In this document: piece by piece, positions 10,329 to 20,920 of the stretch | How the letters are laid out: every line of letters begins with the position of its first letter | How positions within the stretch are numbered: position 1 is the first letter of the stretch | IMG/VR virus record: IMGVR_UViG_3300020175_000005 | Span: 1-64,000 of that record | DNA from: a virus | Length of the DNA stretch: 64,000 bases | Strand: one strand, 5' to 3' | Notes under the pieces: generated by a model | What the model was told of the DNA's origin: nothing | The model's database searches: none | Seen by the model: only the letters and a program-made list of their open reading frames with translations | Program-made: the position numbers and the translations under genes

Positions 10329-10538
10329 TCAGACACTCAATTTACCACCAAATTTACGGATACGTTCAGCGGCACGTTCCTGCTCCCATTCCCATTCTTT
10401 ATCCCACGAACGGGTGGAAGCCCATTTTCCACTGTTAGACATTTTACCGTGTAGCTTACGTGCCTCGCTTCGTGTAAGGCCGGACTGATAAAAGTAGTCT
10501 TTGTTCTCGCCGTAATTTTTTGCTTCAACTGCCCACAT
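10329..10538 (-). CDS. hypothetical early protein
   Basis: RBS AAAGGA; downstream of a promoter cassette. Confidence 0.65.
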   Translation of the reverse strand: MWAVEAKNYGENKDYFYQSGLTRSEARKLHGKMSNSGKWASTRSWDKEWEWEQERAAERIRKFGGKLSV

Positions 10539-10568
10539 GGCATATCCTTTCTTTTAACTTATACATAT

Positions 10569-10640
10569 AATATACAGTAAGACGTCTTGGTAGTCAAGAA
10601 AAAAGCGAAGGGAAAAATCCTTCGCTTTCAATAGGTTATA
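10569..10640 (-). promoter_or_regulatory. early promoter cassette
   Basis: TTGACT-17-TATATT with perfect palindrome AAGACGTCTT (10579-10588) in the spacer; upstream hairpin. Confidence 0.8.
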
Positions 10641-10678
10641 AAATAGTTTGAATTAATTTACATATATTTACATTAGTA

Positions 10679-10891
10679 TTACTTACCTAAAAATTCGTAT
10701 ATTCGGTCGACACCAGAAGAGATTATTACAATTAAAATTGTTGCCCAGCCGAGTGGCCCAGAAATAATTAGAAAAAGAAACATTTGAATTAGAGTAGCTT
10801 CCTTGCCCACTGTTCGCTTGGCTACTGTAAGTACTATCCAAAACCATAAAGTCATTAATAGTACTGAAAGTATAATCTCCAAAAATATCAT
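10679..10891 (-). CDS. small membrane protein
   Basis: Two hydrophobic segments; TAATG coupling to the upstream gene. Confidence 0.6.
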   Translation of the reverse strand: MIFLEIILSVLLMTLWFWIVLTVAKRTVGKEATLIQMFLFLIISGPLGWATILIVIISSGVDRIYEFLGK

Positions 10892-11454
10892 TAGATTATT
10901 TTATTCTTTTGTAGCCATTCAAGTATGTCTTGATTTGTAAACTGTGGCGAACGTCTGTGAGACTCTGGCAGTAAATCCCAATTTTTAAGAGCTGGGTGAG
11001 TTTTTTCTTTACTACTATAATAATTTCCAGCTCTCCAACCTTCTGAAATTTGTGCATCGACCCAACGGTTGTGGCTCCATTTTCCCATGTCATTAATAGC
11101 TTGCGCTTTAATATCTTCGTCGATTTCAATGCTGCTCTCAAAATCACCAAATGCATCAGCGTTATATTGATTTGAAATTTCTATATCAAAATCGCCATTG
11201 TACAAATATTCCCATGCTTGAACAATAAACATTGTTTCATCAGTAGTTAAATCACGTTGTAGTGGAACAGTATAGACGTTGGGCATTTCATCATCGTCTC
11301 TGGTACCATATTCCATAGCTACCTTTAAATCACCGGAATAATACGGTTGGATATTATTTTCTGGACCATATAGGATTACAGTTTCATACCAAGCCATAGC
11401 TGTATTGGTGTCTAACTTCTCTAAGGTTGTTAATTGTATGTGATGCTGATACAT
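10891..11454 (-). CDS. RyR (Repeat12) domain-containing protein
   Basis: HNRW...EGW..G......KTHPAL..WDLLPE signature. Confidence 0.75.
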   Translation of the reverse strand: MYQHHIQLTTLEKLDTNTAMAWYETVILYGPENNIQPYYSGDLKVAMEYGTRDDDEMPNVYTVPLQRDLTTDETMFIVQAWEYLYNGDFDIEISNQYNADAFGDFESSIEIDEDIKAQAINDMGKWSHNRWVDAQISEGWRAGNYYSSKEKTHPALKNWDLLPESHRRSPQFTNQDILEWLQKNKII

Positions 11455-11456
11455 CT

Positions 11457-11702
11457 TTATTCGTCCTTGCTGCTATTTAAATATAAACCAAACCATGCGG
11501 CGCCGGCGCCAACAATAACACTTACAAGCCCTGCCTGTTGTGTGTTGGGATCTTCAAGTGCCATAAACCATTGACATACATCATACAGTAGGTAAATGTA
11601 TACACTGATAAATGCTCTTGGGAATAAGCGTAGTCTATCAAACCAATAAGGAAATGATTCTAACCAACTGATTTTTCCATCTTCATTAAGATCCGTCTTC
11701 AT
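11457..11702 (-). CDS. small two-TM membrane protein
   Basis: RLFPR..., WFMALEDP..QQAGLVSVIVGAGAAWFGLY; TATAAATA upstream. Confidence 0.75.
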   Translation of the reverse strand: MKTDLNEDGKISWLESFPYWFDRLRLFPRAFISVYIYLLYDVCQWFMALEDPNTQQAGLVSVIVGAGAAWFGLYLNSSKDE

Positions 11703-11800
11703 GATGATCTCCTTTATTATATATGTATTTATACTGAAGTCAAGAAAAAACCCAGTGTAAATTAATACACTGGGCTTGTAAGTTACTTATAAGCTAAAAC

Positions 11801-12106
11801 TTATAGGCCACCGTCTGTTACTGTTGCTGCTGCAAATACGCCGCCAGTTGCCTGGATTGCGTCTTCTAGGTCAGCTGCTGTCCATGATGCATTTTCCATG
11901 TATAGGTTAAATGCGCCACCTGCTTCAGCACCTAAGCCTACTACTGTGCCACGAAGTGCTGCTGCTTCTAGAGCTGCTTCTAGGTCTTCACCTGGTGCTA
12001 CTTGTGTGTCTACGCCTACGGCGCCTGCTACTGCGAATACTGAGATCGGTGCGCCAAAGTTTACTTTGCCGAATTCGATTACGTTTGCTGGGTTACGTGT
12101 TGCCAT
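11801..12106 (-). CDS. probable virion structural protein
   Basis: Ala-rich; strong AAGGAG RBS; late promoter upstream and terminator hairpin downstream (~11744-11775). Confidence 0.7.
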   Translation of the reverse strand: MATRNPANVIEFGKVNFGAPISVFAVAGAVGVDTQVAPGEDLEAALEAAALRGTVVGLGAEAGGAFNLYMENASWTAADLEDAIQATGGVFAAATVTDGGL

Positions 12107-12175
12107 TTTAATGACTCCTTATCTTTAAATTATCTGTGCTTTTGCACTACTATTATTTATCTTTTTTTGTCAAAA

Positions 12176-14533
12176 TTAGCGAGTTACTTCAGTTAATTCT
12201 ACAAAAACAACCCAGTCCACTGTGGTGTTTTCTGAACCTTGTACTGTAACTTTAACACGATCATATGCTGGATTTACTGATACTGTACCAGTCCAGTTTA
12301 AATCGCTATCTTGTGTAATCTCATAACTATTGTTTCCAATTGCTACTAGATTTCCTGCCGTCTTGTGTACAATTCCGCTAATTGTGAAACTGCCGTGAGC
12401 TGTGCCACTGGTTGCAACAAAGGTTGCTGAAAACTTAGCTGTTGTATTGTCAGCCAAGGTAATAAAAGTACCATCATTAAATGATACTTCAGTGTCTATT
12501 GCATTGGTTGTTTCCACTGCAAATACTAAATCTCGCTTTTGTGCTGTGGTTGTTGAACTAGCTACAACTTGTTTTACATCCGCTCTAAACTCAACATTGT
12601 GTGTAAAGTTTCTGTCACCAGTGATGTTGGGCGCAGCATGCTTGTTATCAACATAATCTTCTGTTGCTAATCCTGCGATACTTGGAATGTATGGCTTGTT
12701 TGCCAAATCAAGGTAGTTGCCGCTAAACAAGTTAGGGCGGTTTACCAAATCAGTGTAATCGCCACTAAAAATATTAGGTAAGTTTTGAACTTCATGATAA
12801 TTGATATATGATGAGACCGCTTCGCCTAAATCATCCAGTGAAATTGAACTAATAATCGTATCTGGTTCTGGATCAATATTCTGTAGCTGTAAATCACTGC
12901 CGTTTAATACTAAACGCAGATCACTGTTATCAGCAGGTGCATTAGCCAAATCACGATAATCGCCACTGAACAGTACCGGAGTATTAACAAGATCGTGGTA
13001 GTTGCCGCTAAAGTGATAGCCACGTTCTACTAGTTTTTGCTCTACCCAGCTTTCACTTGCATAGCCTTCTAAGTCAATCGTACCATCAGTACTGAATGAA
13101 AGCAATTGCGCCGTTACATAATCTTTACTTGCCCAGTTTTCTGTTAAGTCAACATTTTCCCACATTGTACTAAAGCTATTATACATTAGTGCATGGGTGG
13201 CTGTTTCTGTTCCATCAATAGCAACATCATTCAAATCATTAATGTTGGCAATTGCGCCCAGTGTTGCTGAACTAATTTGTTGCTGTACAAATGTTTCAGT
13301 TGCATAACCAGTTAAGTCTACATTTCCTGATCCACTATTTAATGAAGCTGCTGAAATAGCAGCATTCATCTGTGCTGTTGTGCTGTAAGATGATAAGTCA
13401 ATTGACCCGCCGCTGGCTACGTTGGCAATACTACTATTGAGAGCTGCGACTTGGCTGTCCACATAAGCAATTGTTGATAATCCATTAATACTTGGAATAC
13501 TCGGCGCATTTGCCAAGTCATTATAGTCTCCACTAAAGAACGCAAGGTTTAGCAACTGGGTGTTCAGGGCAGTTTGAGTCACATAGCTGCTTAGGTCTGT
13601 TGGTGGGATATTAGAGATTTCGGTTGCTAGTTGTGCTGTTGATACATAGCCACTTAGGTCAATACTGGGCTGATAGTTACTTAGTGCTGTTGTTAGCTCG
13701 TTTTCAGTAACATATGAACTGAGATCAACTGTGCCGCCTGTTACTGCTGCCGCAAGTTTAGCATCAATTTGAGTTTCAGTTAAGAACTCTGAAATATCAG
13801 GCATTGTTGGCTTGTTGATTAAATCATTATAATTTCCACTAAACAGTGTTTGTGCATTTATTGCATTGGTGATCAGGGCATTAATTTGCTGTGTTGTGCT
13901 ATATGCTGTCAAGTCAACATTTCCGCCGCCATTTTGAATAGCTGAATTTACTATTGCAATTTGACTATCAACGTATGAAACAGAAGACAGTCCATCAACA
14001 CTTGGAATCGTTGGTTTGTTTGCTAAGTCATTATAGTCGCCACTGAACTGCTGTATATTCAGTATAGCACCATTTAGTTGTGATGAAGTGATATATGCAC
14101 TTAGGTCAGGAGCAGCTGGGATCGTCGGCTTGTTAGCTAGGTCATTATAATCACCGCTAAATGCAGCTGGGATCGTCGGCTTGTTAGCTAGGTCATTATA
14201 ATCACCACTAAAATGATTACCTAATGAAGCTTGGGCAAATAGTCCATCCACATATGTTTTTTGTGCATAGTTACCTAGATCAACTGTGCCGCCGTTACTG
14301 TTGCTAAGTACAGCGTTACCAATTGCTGCTTGCAATTGATAGTCAGTAACAAATTCTCTGTCGTTTTGCAGTTCACTTAATTTAGTTGGTAGTATAATTC
14401 CGGGTCCGCCACGGAAAATGTTTTTTTCCTTATCGAAATATAACATGTCTCCATTGTTTAATTCCGTTGTTACATCAACTACTGGAACTGAACTAGTGTC
14501 TTGTGTTCCTGATGAATATCCCCTAATTGCCAT
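12176..14533 (-). CDS. tail fibre-like repeat protein
   Basis: About 10 FSGxYxDLxNxP repeats and several DLSxY repeats; C-terminal beta-rich domain. Confidence 0.8.
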   Translation of the reverse strand: MAIRGYSSGTQDTSSVPVVDVTTELNNGDMLYFDKEKNIFRGGPGIILPTKLSELQNDREFVTDYQLQAAIGNAVLSNSNGGTVDLGNYAQKTYVDGLFAQASLGNHFSGDYNDLANKPTIPAAFSGDYNDLANKPTIPAAPDLSAYITSSQLNGAILNIQQFSGDYNDLANKPTIPSVDGLSSVSYVDSQIAIVNSAIQNGGGNVDLTAYSTTQQINALITNAINAQTLFSGNYNDLINKPTMPDISEFLTETQIDAKLAAAVTGGTVDLSSYVTENELTTALSNYQPSIDLSGYVSTAQLATEISNIPPTDLSSYVTQTALNTQLLNLAFFSGDYNDLANAPSIPSINGLSTIAYVDSQVAALNSSIANVASGGSIDLSSYSTTAQMNAAISAASLNSGSGNVDLTGYATETFVQQQISSATLGAIANINDLNDVAIDGTETATHALMYNSFSTMWENVDLTENWASKDYVTAQLLSFSTDGTIDLEGYASESWVEQKLVERGYHFSGNYHDLVNTPVLFSGDYRDLANAPADNSDLRLVLNGSDLQLQNIDPEPDTIISSISLDDLGEAVSSYINYHEVQNLPNIFSGDYTDLVNRPNLFSGNYLDLANKPYIPSIAGLATEDYVDNKHAAPNITGDRNFTHNVEFRADVKQVVASSTTTAQKRDLVFAVETTNAIDTEVSFNDGTFITLADNTTAKFSATFVATSGTAHGSFTISGIVHKTAGNLVAIGNNSYEITQDSDLNWTGTVSVNPAYDRVKVTVQGSENTTVDWVVFVELTEVTR
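14112..14211. repeat. 51-bp near-perfect in-frame tandem duplication
   Basis: gcagctgggatcgtcggcttgttagctaggtcattataatcacc.. at 14112 and 14163; encodes FSGDYNDLANKPTIPAA twice. Confidence 0.9.
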
Positions 14534-14545
14534 GATTTATTTTTC

Positions 14546-14917
14546 CTATATTACTAGAACTGCTTTGTCAATTGAGCCGTGTACAGAAATGTCATATACT
14601 TGATTGGGTACATAAGTCCTGTCAACGTCTACTCTAATCCAGACAAAATTACCAACAACAGTTATACCACGAGCGCCAGTTTCTTGTATAAATTCAAGAT
14701 AAGGAACAGTAGTTTGTAGTTCAATATCAAACCAATCATCTTCTGTTGGTTCTTCAAGCAGTGTTGCTTGCAAATATATACGGGCAGTGAAGTTATTAAC
14801 ATGGAAACTTACTGTGTGTAATCCATCGCTAAACCCATAATACCCGTCACCCTGAAATGGTTCTCCTTTGAAGGACATTTCATTTTTGTTAGTTAAAATT
14901 ATCTTTGATCTGCTCAT
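14546..14917 (-). CDS. conserved phage structural/hypothetical protein
   Basis: GDGYYGFSDGLHTV...QATL...DWFDI...GNFVWIR. Confidence 0.75.
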   Translation of the reverse strand: MSRSKIILTNKNEMSFKGEPFQGDGYYGFSDGLHTVSFHVNNFTARIYLQATLLEEPTEDDWFDIELQTTVPYLEFIQETGARGITVVGNFVWIRVDVDRTYVPNQVYDISVHGSIDKAVLVI

Positions 14918-15094
14918 CTATTGATTACCGTCAATTCTTTCGATCTCAACTAGTGCATTGCCGCCTGATAATTCTTTAACTACGGCTTCTAACTGTGCAA
15001 TTGATTCCTCACTTATAGGTGAGCCTTCTGCATCAGAATCTTTGACTAGTTCACTGACCTTAATTACGATAATAGATTCGTTAATTTTCGCCAT
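14918..15094 (-). CDS. small hypothetical late protein (58 aa)
   Basis: Manual translation MAKINESIIVIKVSELVKD...LEAVVKELSGGNALVEIE; AGGAG RBS and TAAATA upstream. Confidence 0.7.
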   Translation of the reverse strand: MAKINESIIVIKVSELVKDSDAEGSPISEESIAQLEAVVKELSGGNALVEIERIDGNQ

Positions 15095-15122
15095 CGTGAC
15101 ATCTCCTTTATTATATATGTAT

Positions 15123-15764
15123 TTATGCTTTTATGACATCTTTTAGGCAAACGATGGTTTCAATTTTGATAGTAAATTTCTCGTTGAATCCCATCTTAAA
15201 TAAAAACATACCAGCTTCATTGTTTGTAAATATTGTAGGCATTGTTATCCAACTAGATGCAGTGGTATATGGCGTGACATTATAATATTGCGCACCGAAA
15301 TGTCCATTCATTCTGCTTTCTTTACCAGAAAATGTTTCATCTATAAACTCGAGAGCTCTTTCTGCATCATCAGTGGACGTATCAACATGCTTGTATGTTT
15401 TATATACCGACATTTTGTGCTTATATTGTCCATACCAGAGTTTTTCTCTTACAATGATCTGACGATCCTTGTCACGCAAATAATTGTAATGATCTTGATT
15501 TATCAATCCAACCACTGATTGAACGTGCATGCGCAAGTATACATCAGATAGAATATAATCGATTACTTCATGATTATTGGTGTATACCGTATTTGTTACT
15601 TTGGATCCATAAACATAGTGATTTACTATTCTAAATCCCGATAAATGCTTAGGTATATATGCTGGAGAATGATACGGAAATGGTCCTATTTTAAACGCAG
15701 TATGGTACTTTCCATAGTATAGTTTAGTTGCAGGGCTCCAATTCTTGTGCTCAACCTTTTTCAA
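15123..15764 (-). CDS. hypothetical protein
   Basis: 213-aa ORF with duplicated KL(Y/W)YG.Y motif. Confidence 0.7.
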   Translation of the reverse strand: MKKVEHKNWSPATKLYYGKYHTAFKIGPFPYHSPAYIPKHLSGFRIVNHYVYGSKVTNTVYTNNHEVIDYILSDVYLRMHVQSVVGLINQDHYNYLRDKDRQIIVREKLWYGQYKHKMSVYKTYKHVDTSTDDAERALEFIDETFSGKESRMNGHFGAQYYNVTPYTTASSWITMPTIFTNNEAGMFLFKMGFNEKFTIKIETIVCLKDVIKA

Positions 15765-18039
15765 TTGCTATTTCTCCATCAACCAATTTAATATGGATTG
15801 TGAAGGATTTCGGATTATCTAACATAAATTTCGCTAAGGGAAGTTTGATCTTTTCATTAATCAAACGTGCTAGTGGACGGGCTCCCATTGCGGGATCATA
15901 GCCTTCAGTCTCCAACATAGTAATAACTGCTGGATCCCAATCCAGTAAGATGTGTCTTCCTTGTACGTATCCTTCTAGCTGTGCTAGGAATTTCTTAACG
16001 ATGCGTTTCATATTCTCTGGCTTGAGTGAATTGAATCTCACAATTCCATCAAGTCGGTTACGAAACTCAGGAGCAAAGAAATTATTAATCGCTTCATCTA
16101 CTGCACGATGGTTAAACGTTTCCTCGTTGAAGCCAACCTTTTTAATTGCACCATCTTTTGCACCCAAGTTACTCGTCATAATAATAATAGAGTTTTTAGC
16201 ACTTACCATTTTGCCTGTGCTTGATGTAATTGTGCCTTCATCTAGCAAACTTAGTAGTACACTCATCAAATCAGGATGTGCCTTTTCAACTTCATCAAGC
16301 AATAGTATACAGTTGGGATTATCTTCCAGGTTACTGATAAGTAACCCATCACCTGCTTTGCCATCACCATGCCCTACATATCCAGGAGGTGAGCCGATTA
16401 ATTTTGATACAGTGTGGCGTTCTTGATACTCTGCCATATCATAACGTACAAGTTTCATACCCATACCTTGGCTAAGGCGCTTGGCGAGTTCTGTTTTACC
16501 TACACCGGTCGGTCCTGCAAACAAGTAACTTGCTACTGGACGGTTTGGATCTTTCAACCCAGCAACACTAACTGTGATTGCATCAGTAACCTTGTCAATT
16601 GCTTGGTCCTGTCCAAACACTGTATTTTTCAAATACTCTTGTACTTCAGTGTGCTTTTTAACAATTGGATCTGAAGATTTCGTTCCCAGGTGTTCTTGTG
16701 GAATACCAGTCAAACGTGACACTTCCATACGGACTTCGTCCTCGTCAATAACAGTACTACGTTCCTCTTCAGGTAGTATTTTATTAAATGCACATGCACG
16801 ATCCAAGATATCAAATGCTTTGTCTGGTAGTTTTTTGTTAAAAATATATTCAGCACTTAGATCTACCGCTAGATCAGCAGCTTCTGGAAGAATCTCAACA
16901 TTGTGGTATGATTCATATCCAGCTAAACTGTTGCGTAAAATTTCCCTTGCGTCTTCTTTGCTTGGTTCATCAACTTGAATTTTAGTAAATCTGCGGGCTA
17001 ATGCAGTTTCCTTTTCAAACATTTTGCGATATTCTTCGTCAGTCGTTGCACCAATCACTTTAAGTTTTCCACTAGTCAAGCTAGGCTTCAGCATATTGCC
17101 AGCATCCATGCCGCCTCCGCCTGTGCTACCGGCTCCAATGATCATATGAATCTCATCAATAAAAAGCACAACATCTTCAACTTGTTCTAACGCTTCTGCT
17201 AGTTGTTTAATACGTTCCTCAAAGTCACCACGATACTTTGTGCCTGCAACTAATTTAGCCATGTCAAGACTCATAACAACTTTGTCTTTCATGGTGTCAG
17301 GAACACTACCTTCCTCGATAAGTTTAGCAAGTCCTTCAACGATTGCTGTTTTACCAACACCGCTACCGCCAACAAGAACTGCATTGCTTTTCTTTTTGCG
17401 GGCAAGTGTCTGCACTAGGTCACGCAATTCTTGGCGACGACCAACTACATCTTCATAATCCTGGCTAGCTACATTCATATCAACACAAAATTGCGCTAGA
17501 GTCTGAAATGCTTCAGCGTTCCGTTGTAAATTAGACTTTTTAGAATCATTAGCAATTTTAGCAGGCTGTCGACTTTTTGCATATCCATCACTTAAATTAG
17601 AAGATGCTGTCTGCGACATGGCATCCACAATCCAAGATGAAACTTTTTTCTTATCAAGTCCCATTTCGTAGCTAAATTTTACAGTTACACTATTTTCTTC
17701 ACTTAGAATACTCAACATTAGATCATATAAGTTAATTCCATGTTTACCTTGAAACAATGCTTGTGTTAATGCACGATTGAATACACGTTCTAGCATTTGT
17801 GTTTTACGTGGTTGAGATTCAGCAGTTTCATCATAAACAAGCTCTTTGCAATCTTCATGCAGATACAACATTAATGCTTCCTGAAGACCTTGAGCATCTG
17901 CCGCCACTTCATAGCACATTGATTTAATTGACGGTTCGTCAAGAACCACTAATGCCAAATGTTCAATTGTCACATACTCGTGATTAAACTTCTTGGCTAA
18001 TCCAATAGATTGGACTACTAATCTTTCAATATCTGTCAT
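15751..18039 (-). CDS. clpA: ATP-dependent Clp protease ATPase subunit ClpA
   Basis: Clp N domain (HEYVTIEHL), two AAA+ modules (GGSGVGKT, GPTGVGKT), KYRGDFEER, GSPPGYVG, VGF loop, no ClpB coiled coil. Confidence 0.93.
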   Translation of the reverse strand: MTDIERLVVQSIGLAKKFNHEYVTIEHLALVVLDEPSIKSMCYEVAADAQGLQEALMLYLHEDCKELVYDETAESQPRKTQMLERVFNRALTQALFQGKHGINLYDLMLSILSEENSVTVKFSYEMGLDKKKVSSWIVDAMSQTASSNLSDGYAKSRQPAKIANDSKKSNLQRNAEAFQTLAQFCVDMNVASQDYEDVVGRRQELRDLVQTLARKKKSNAVLVGGSGVGKTAIVEGLAKLIEEGSVPDTMKDKVVMSLDMAKLVAGTKYRGDFEERIKQLAEALEQVEDVVLFIDEIHMIIGAGSTGGGGMDAGNMLKPSLTSGKLKVIGATTDEEYRKMFEKETALARRFTKIQVDEPSKEDAREILRNSLAGYESYHNVEILPEAADLAVDLSAEYIFNKKLPDKAFDILDRACAFNKILPEEERSTVIDEDEVRMEVSRLTGIPQEHLGTKSSDPIVKKHTEVQEYLKNTVFGQDQAIDKVTDAITVSVAGLKDPNRPVASYLFAGPTGVGKTELAKRLSQGMGMKLVRYDMAEYQERHTVSKLIGSPPGYVGHGDGKAGDGLLISNLEDNPNCILLLDEVEKAHPDLMSVLLSLLDEGTITSSTGKMVSAKNSIIIMTSNLGAKDGAIKKVGFNEETFNHRAVDEAINNFFAPEFRNRLDGIVRFNSLKPENMKRIVKKFLAQLEGYVQGRHILLDWDPAVITMLETEGYDPAMGARPLARLINEKIKLPLAKFMLDNPKSFTIHIKLVDGEIAIEKG

Positions 18040-18713
18040 TTTTTAAACCTTGTTATGAATTCCTGTTTTTGTTTTTCAGTAGCAAGAGCTGGAATTTTTA
18101 CTTGTACTACTATATGCAAGTTGCCTCGCTTGTGCTTTTTTCTGTCCAGTAAACCAAATTGCTCAATAACAAACTGGCTTTTGTCAGTTGTGCCTGGTGC
18201 GATTGACAATGGTATAGTATCACCACATGGTGTTGTAACATCAATTTTTCCGCCGCACATTGCATCGATAATATCTAACTCTAAATCCAGTATACAGTTA
18301 AAACCGTGTCTTGTAAAGTGTTTATTTTTAAGTTCATGTATATTTAAGATATATTTTTTACCTTGGGCATTGACTTTAAACTTGTCACCTAGCTTTGCAC
18401 CGGGGGGAATACTTAATTGTATATCACCTACTTCTGGCACACTAATAATTTCGTTATTGACGCCGTGTATTTGCTGATATATGCTTAATTGTATGTTTAT
18501 TAACTTTAGATCTTGTCTGGGAACAATCGGAACATAAGTTTTATTTTTAAGTTGCTCATATGCTGTTTTGACTAACATAAACATTTCAGGATCTCCGCCA
18601 AATTTATCTGGGTGGTACCTTAATGCTTTTACTTTGTATGCAGCCTTGATTTCATCAAGAGTAGCCGATGTTTTAATTCCCAAAAGTTTCCAAGGATTCT
18701 TGTCAATTTTCAT
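18036..18713 (-). CDS. DnaJ/CbpA-like chaperone
   Basis: J-domain HPD motif plus DnaJ C-terminal domain; no zinc finger. Confidence 0.85.
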   Translation of the reverse strand: MKIDKNPWKLLGIKTSATLDEIKAAYKVKALRYHPDKFGGDPEMFMLVKTAYEQLKNKTYVPIVPRQDLKLINIQLSIYQQIHGVNNEIISVPEVGDIQLSIPPGAKLGDKFKVNAQGKKYILNIHELKNKHFTRHGFNCILDLELDIIDAMCGGKIDVTTPCGDTIPLSIAPGTTDKSQFVIEQFGLLDRKKHKRGNLHIVVQVKIPALATEKQKQEFITRFKK

Positions 18714-18768
18714 AGTGCGCCTCTTTCTAAACTTATTTATTGAAGGCACCTATCTAGTTAAATGTGTG

Positions 18769-19119
18769 TTAATCTTGTTGGTAATATTCCTCGTATGCAA
18801 TATTGATAGCCTTTTGTTGCTGTACTAGCTTTAACAAATCTGCCATATTGAGCGTTAAGTTTTCCCAACCGTCCTCAGTTAATGCAAAAATTACTATTGG
18901 GCTGCCCTCAGCTTCTAATTTATCAAATACTTCTTGTACATTATCGGGAGTAACTACTATCCATTTTACATTACGTGAAGAAAATTGATCAGCTTGTGGC
19001 AAAACAAGCGGACTTCTTTCTATTGGTTTTGTGTTTACAACAACCTGATCTGGTCTACTGCTGCACGCCGTTACCAGTAACAGTGTTGATACAATTAATA
19101 TACTTTGGATCATTTTCAT
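18769..19119 (-). CDS. outer-membrane spanin lipoprotein (Rz1-like)
   Basis: Lipobox LVTA-C; overlaps the 3' end of the i-spanin gene. Confidence 0.7.
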   Translation of the reverse strand: MKMIQSILIVSTLLLVTACSSRPDQVVVNTKPIERSPLVLPQADQFSSRNVKWIVVTPDNVQEVFDKLEAEGSPIVIFALTEDGWENLTLNMADLLKLVQQQKAINIAYEEYYQQD

Positions 19120-19534
19120 CTGTGTTATTACCTGATAGTATTTCAAAACATGAAAATACTTCATTGGTTCCTATGTTAATTTCGTTTTCAATGTATTCTG
19201 GGTCTTCAATTGCACGTTCACCTACATTGAGATAGCGGCCGTCAGTTCCACGCTGTAGTAAAGATTCTAAGTCTTGCACTCGCTGTCTACTAGCGGTAAA
19301 GTCATCATTTAATGTATTGAGGGTGGTCCCCATAATAGCAATATCTCTTTTTAGAGACATAGTTGCTGATTGTTGAGAGCGTAACGCTTCTTCAAGTCTT
19401 GCTTGATTTTCAGCATATTGTATAATTGCCGCTTGACTGTCTCGATAATACCAGTATGCAACACCGGAAAATGCTGCGAATGCCGCAAACATAATTAAAT
19501 AAACTTTTAATTTTCCCATGATTTTAAACATCAT
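19055..19534 (-). CDS. inner-membrane spanin (Rz-like)
   Basis: N-terminal TM helix, coiled coil, C-terminal cysteines. Confidence 0.7.
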   Translation of the reverse strand: MMFKIMGKLKVYLIMFAAFAAFSGVAYWYYRDSQAAIIQYAENQARLEEALRSQQSATMSLKRDIAIMGTTLNTLNDDFTASRQRVQDLESLLQRGTDGRYLNVGERAIEDPEYIENEINIGTNEVFSCFEILSGNNTDENDPKYINCINTVTGNGVQQ

Positions 19535-19749
19535 TTATACCTAAAAGTAATACGTCCTTTGGAAAGATCGTAAGGTGTCATTTCAACATCAACGACATCG
19601 CCTTGTAATATTTTAATTCTATTTTTACGGATTTTTCCGCTTATAATACCAAGTATAACATTTCCAGATTCTAGTTCTACTTTAAATGTAGCACCAGGTA
19701 GACACTCTATAACAGTGCCTTTCATTGCAATTGGATCTTCTTTTGCCAT
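19531..19749 (-). CDS. infA: translation initiation factor IF-1
   Basis: [13 protein letters not shown]...[32 protein letters not shown]. Confidence 0.96.
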   Translation of the reverse strand: MAKEDPIAMKGTVIECLPGATFKVELESGNVILGIISGKIRKNRIKILQGDVVDVEMTPYDLSKGRITFRYK

Positions 19750-20252
19750 TAATAATCTTTTAAAAACTTTAGTCTATTGCTAATAGCTTTTTTCTCTGTA
19801 ATTTCTTCTGCCTTGGGATTGTGTTTAATCTCATACTCATATGCATCAGTTTCTACTGCCGCATTGAACGCTTCAAGTGACCAAGGTTTTGGATTTTTGT
19901 CATTATACGAAGTAAACAACCAGTTTTCAACCGCATTATCCACACGTTGTACGTCATCTAAAATTCGTTGTATTTTTTTACCTGACTTGCTATCACGACT
20001 AATTTCTATATACAACTTGTAAAAACCATCTTCATCTGGACCTGGGCTAGGCTCTACATCAATTAAATCTAATCCAGTTTCCAAAAACTGACTTAAATCC
20101 ATTGCTGGATTTCGGTCTTTAATTTTAATAGCAACGACAATAACATTTTTGTCGTCACCCAGTTTACTTTTGTACTGGTCAATACTTGCGATATTATCAA
20201 CATGATTGGACAAATCATTTTTTGATATTGATTCATTAAGATTGGATGGCAT
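19749..20252 (-). CDS. conserved phage hypothetical protein
   Basis: [13 protein letters not shown]...PAMDL..F.E.G. Confidence 0.75.
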   Translation of the reverse strand: MPSNLNESISKNDLSNHVDNIASIDQYKSKLGDDKNVIVVAIKIKDRNPAMDLSQFLETGLDLIDVEPSPGPDEDGFYKLYIEISRDSKSGKKIQRILDDVQRVDNAVENWLFTSYNDKNPKPWSLEAFNAAVETDAYEYEIKHNPKAEEITEKKAISNRLKFLKDY

Positions 20253-20766
20253 CGTCGTCTCCTAGTCCGGCATCTTGAGCTGAATCAACTGCATCTTGGT
20301 CAATTGACAAATTAACGTCAGTGTTGTCAAGCTCAACAGTATCAGCAGTAATTGAGTCCATAAATTGGCGTGGAATAACAAGTGTCACTAGCCAAATTTT
20401 CTTTTTAATTTTTTTGGCTGCTGACTGACCAATACGCCTTTCATCGCCATTTGGATCACGATCTTCAGGCTCTACTAGTTTAGCTGCTGTAATTAATTCG
20501 TCTTTTGCATAATAAACTTTGCAACCTTTGCGGGTTAGTCTTTCAGCACCATCTGGATCTGGCATAGATTTATACGGATACATCAGTGTTACTGTTACCC
20601 AGTAACGCTCAATATCCGGACCATCAACAACTTCGCCTTCGATCCAATTGTCGTAAGCATATACATTGAGACGGTCAAGAACACCTTCAACCTGCATTAA
20701 TACTTCAAGAGCACTACTACGATTACTGTTATCCAGCAATTTGTCTATAATTTTCATTTGATCCAT
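20236..20766 (-). CDS. conserved phage hypothetical protein
   Basis: LD..NVYAY.NW..GEVV.GP...RYWV....M...MPDP.G; late promoter upstream. Confidence 0.75.
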   Translation of the reverse strand: MDQMKIIDKLLDNSNRSSALEVLMQVEGVLDRLNVYAYDNWIEGEVVDGPDIERYWVTVTLMYPYKSMPDPDGAERLTRKGCKVYYAKDELITAAKLVEPEDRDPNGDERRIGQSAAKKIKKKIWLVTLVIPRQFMDSITADTVELDNTDVNLSIDQDAVDSAQDAGLGDDDAIQS

Positions 20767-20920
20767 AATGTTATTCCTCTTATCGTATTTATGCTTAATA
20801 GCATTATAATGGTTATTTTTATTTTGTCAAGCGTCTTTGTGTGCTAGGTTAATTATCTTGCCAAAGTGTTAAATACATATGCGAGTAGCTCATAAGGGTT
20901 ATTACAAACTAGGAGTTAAA

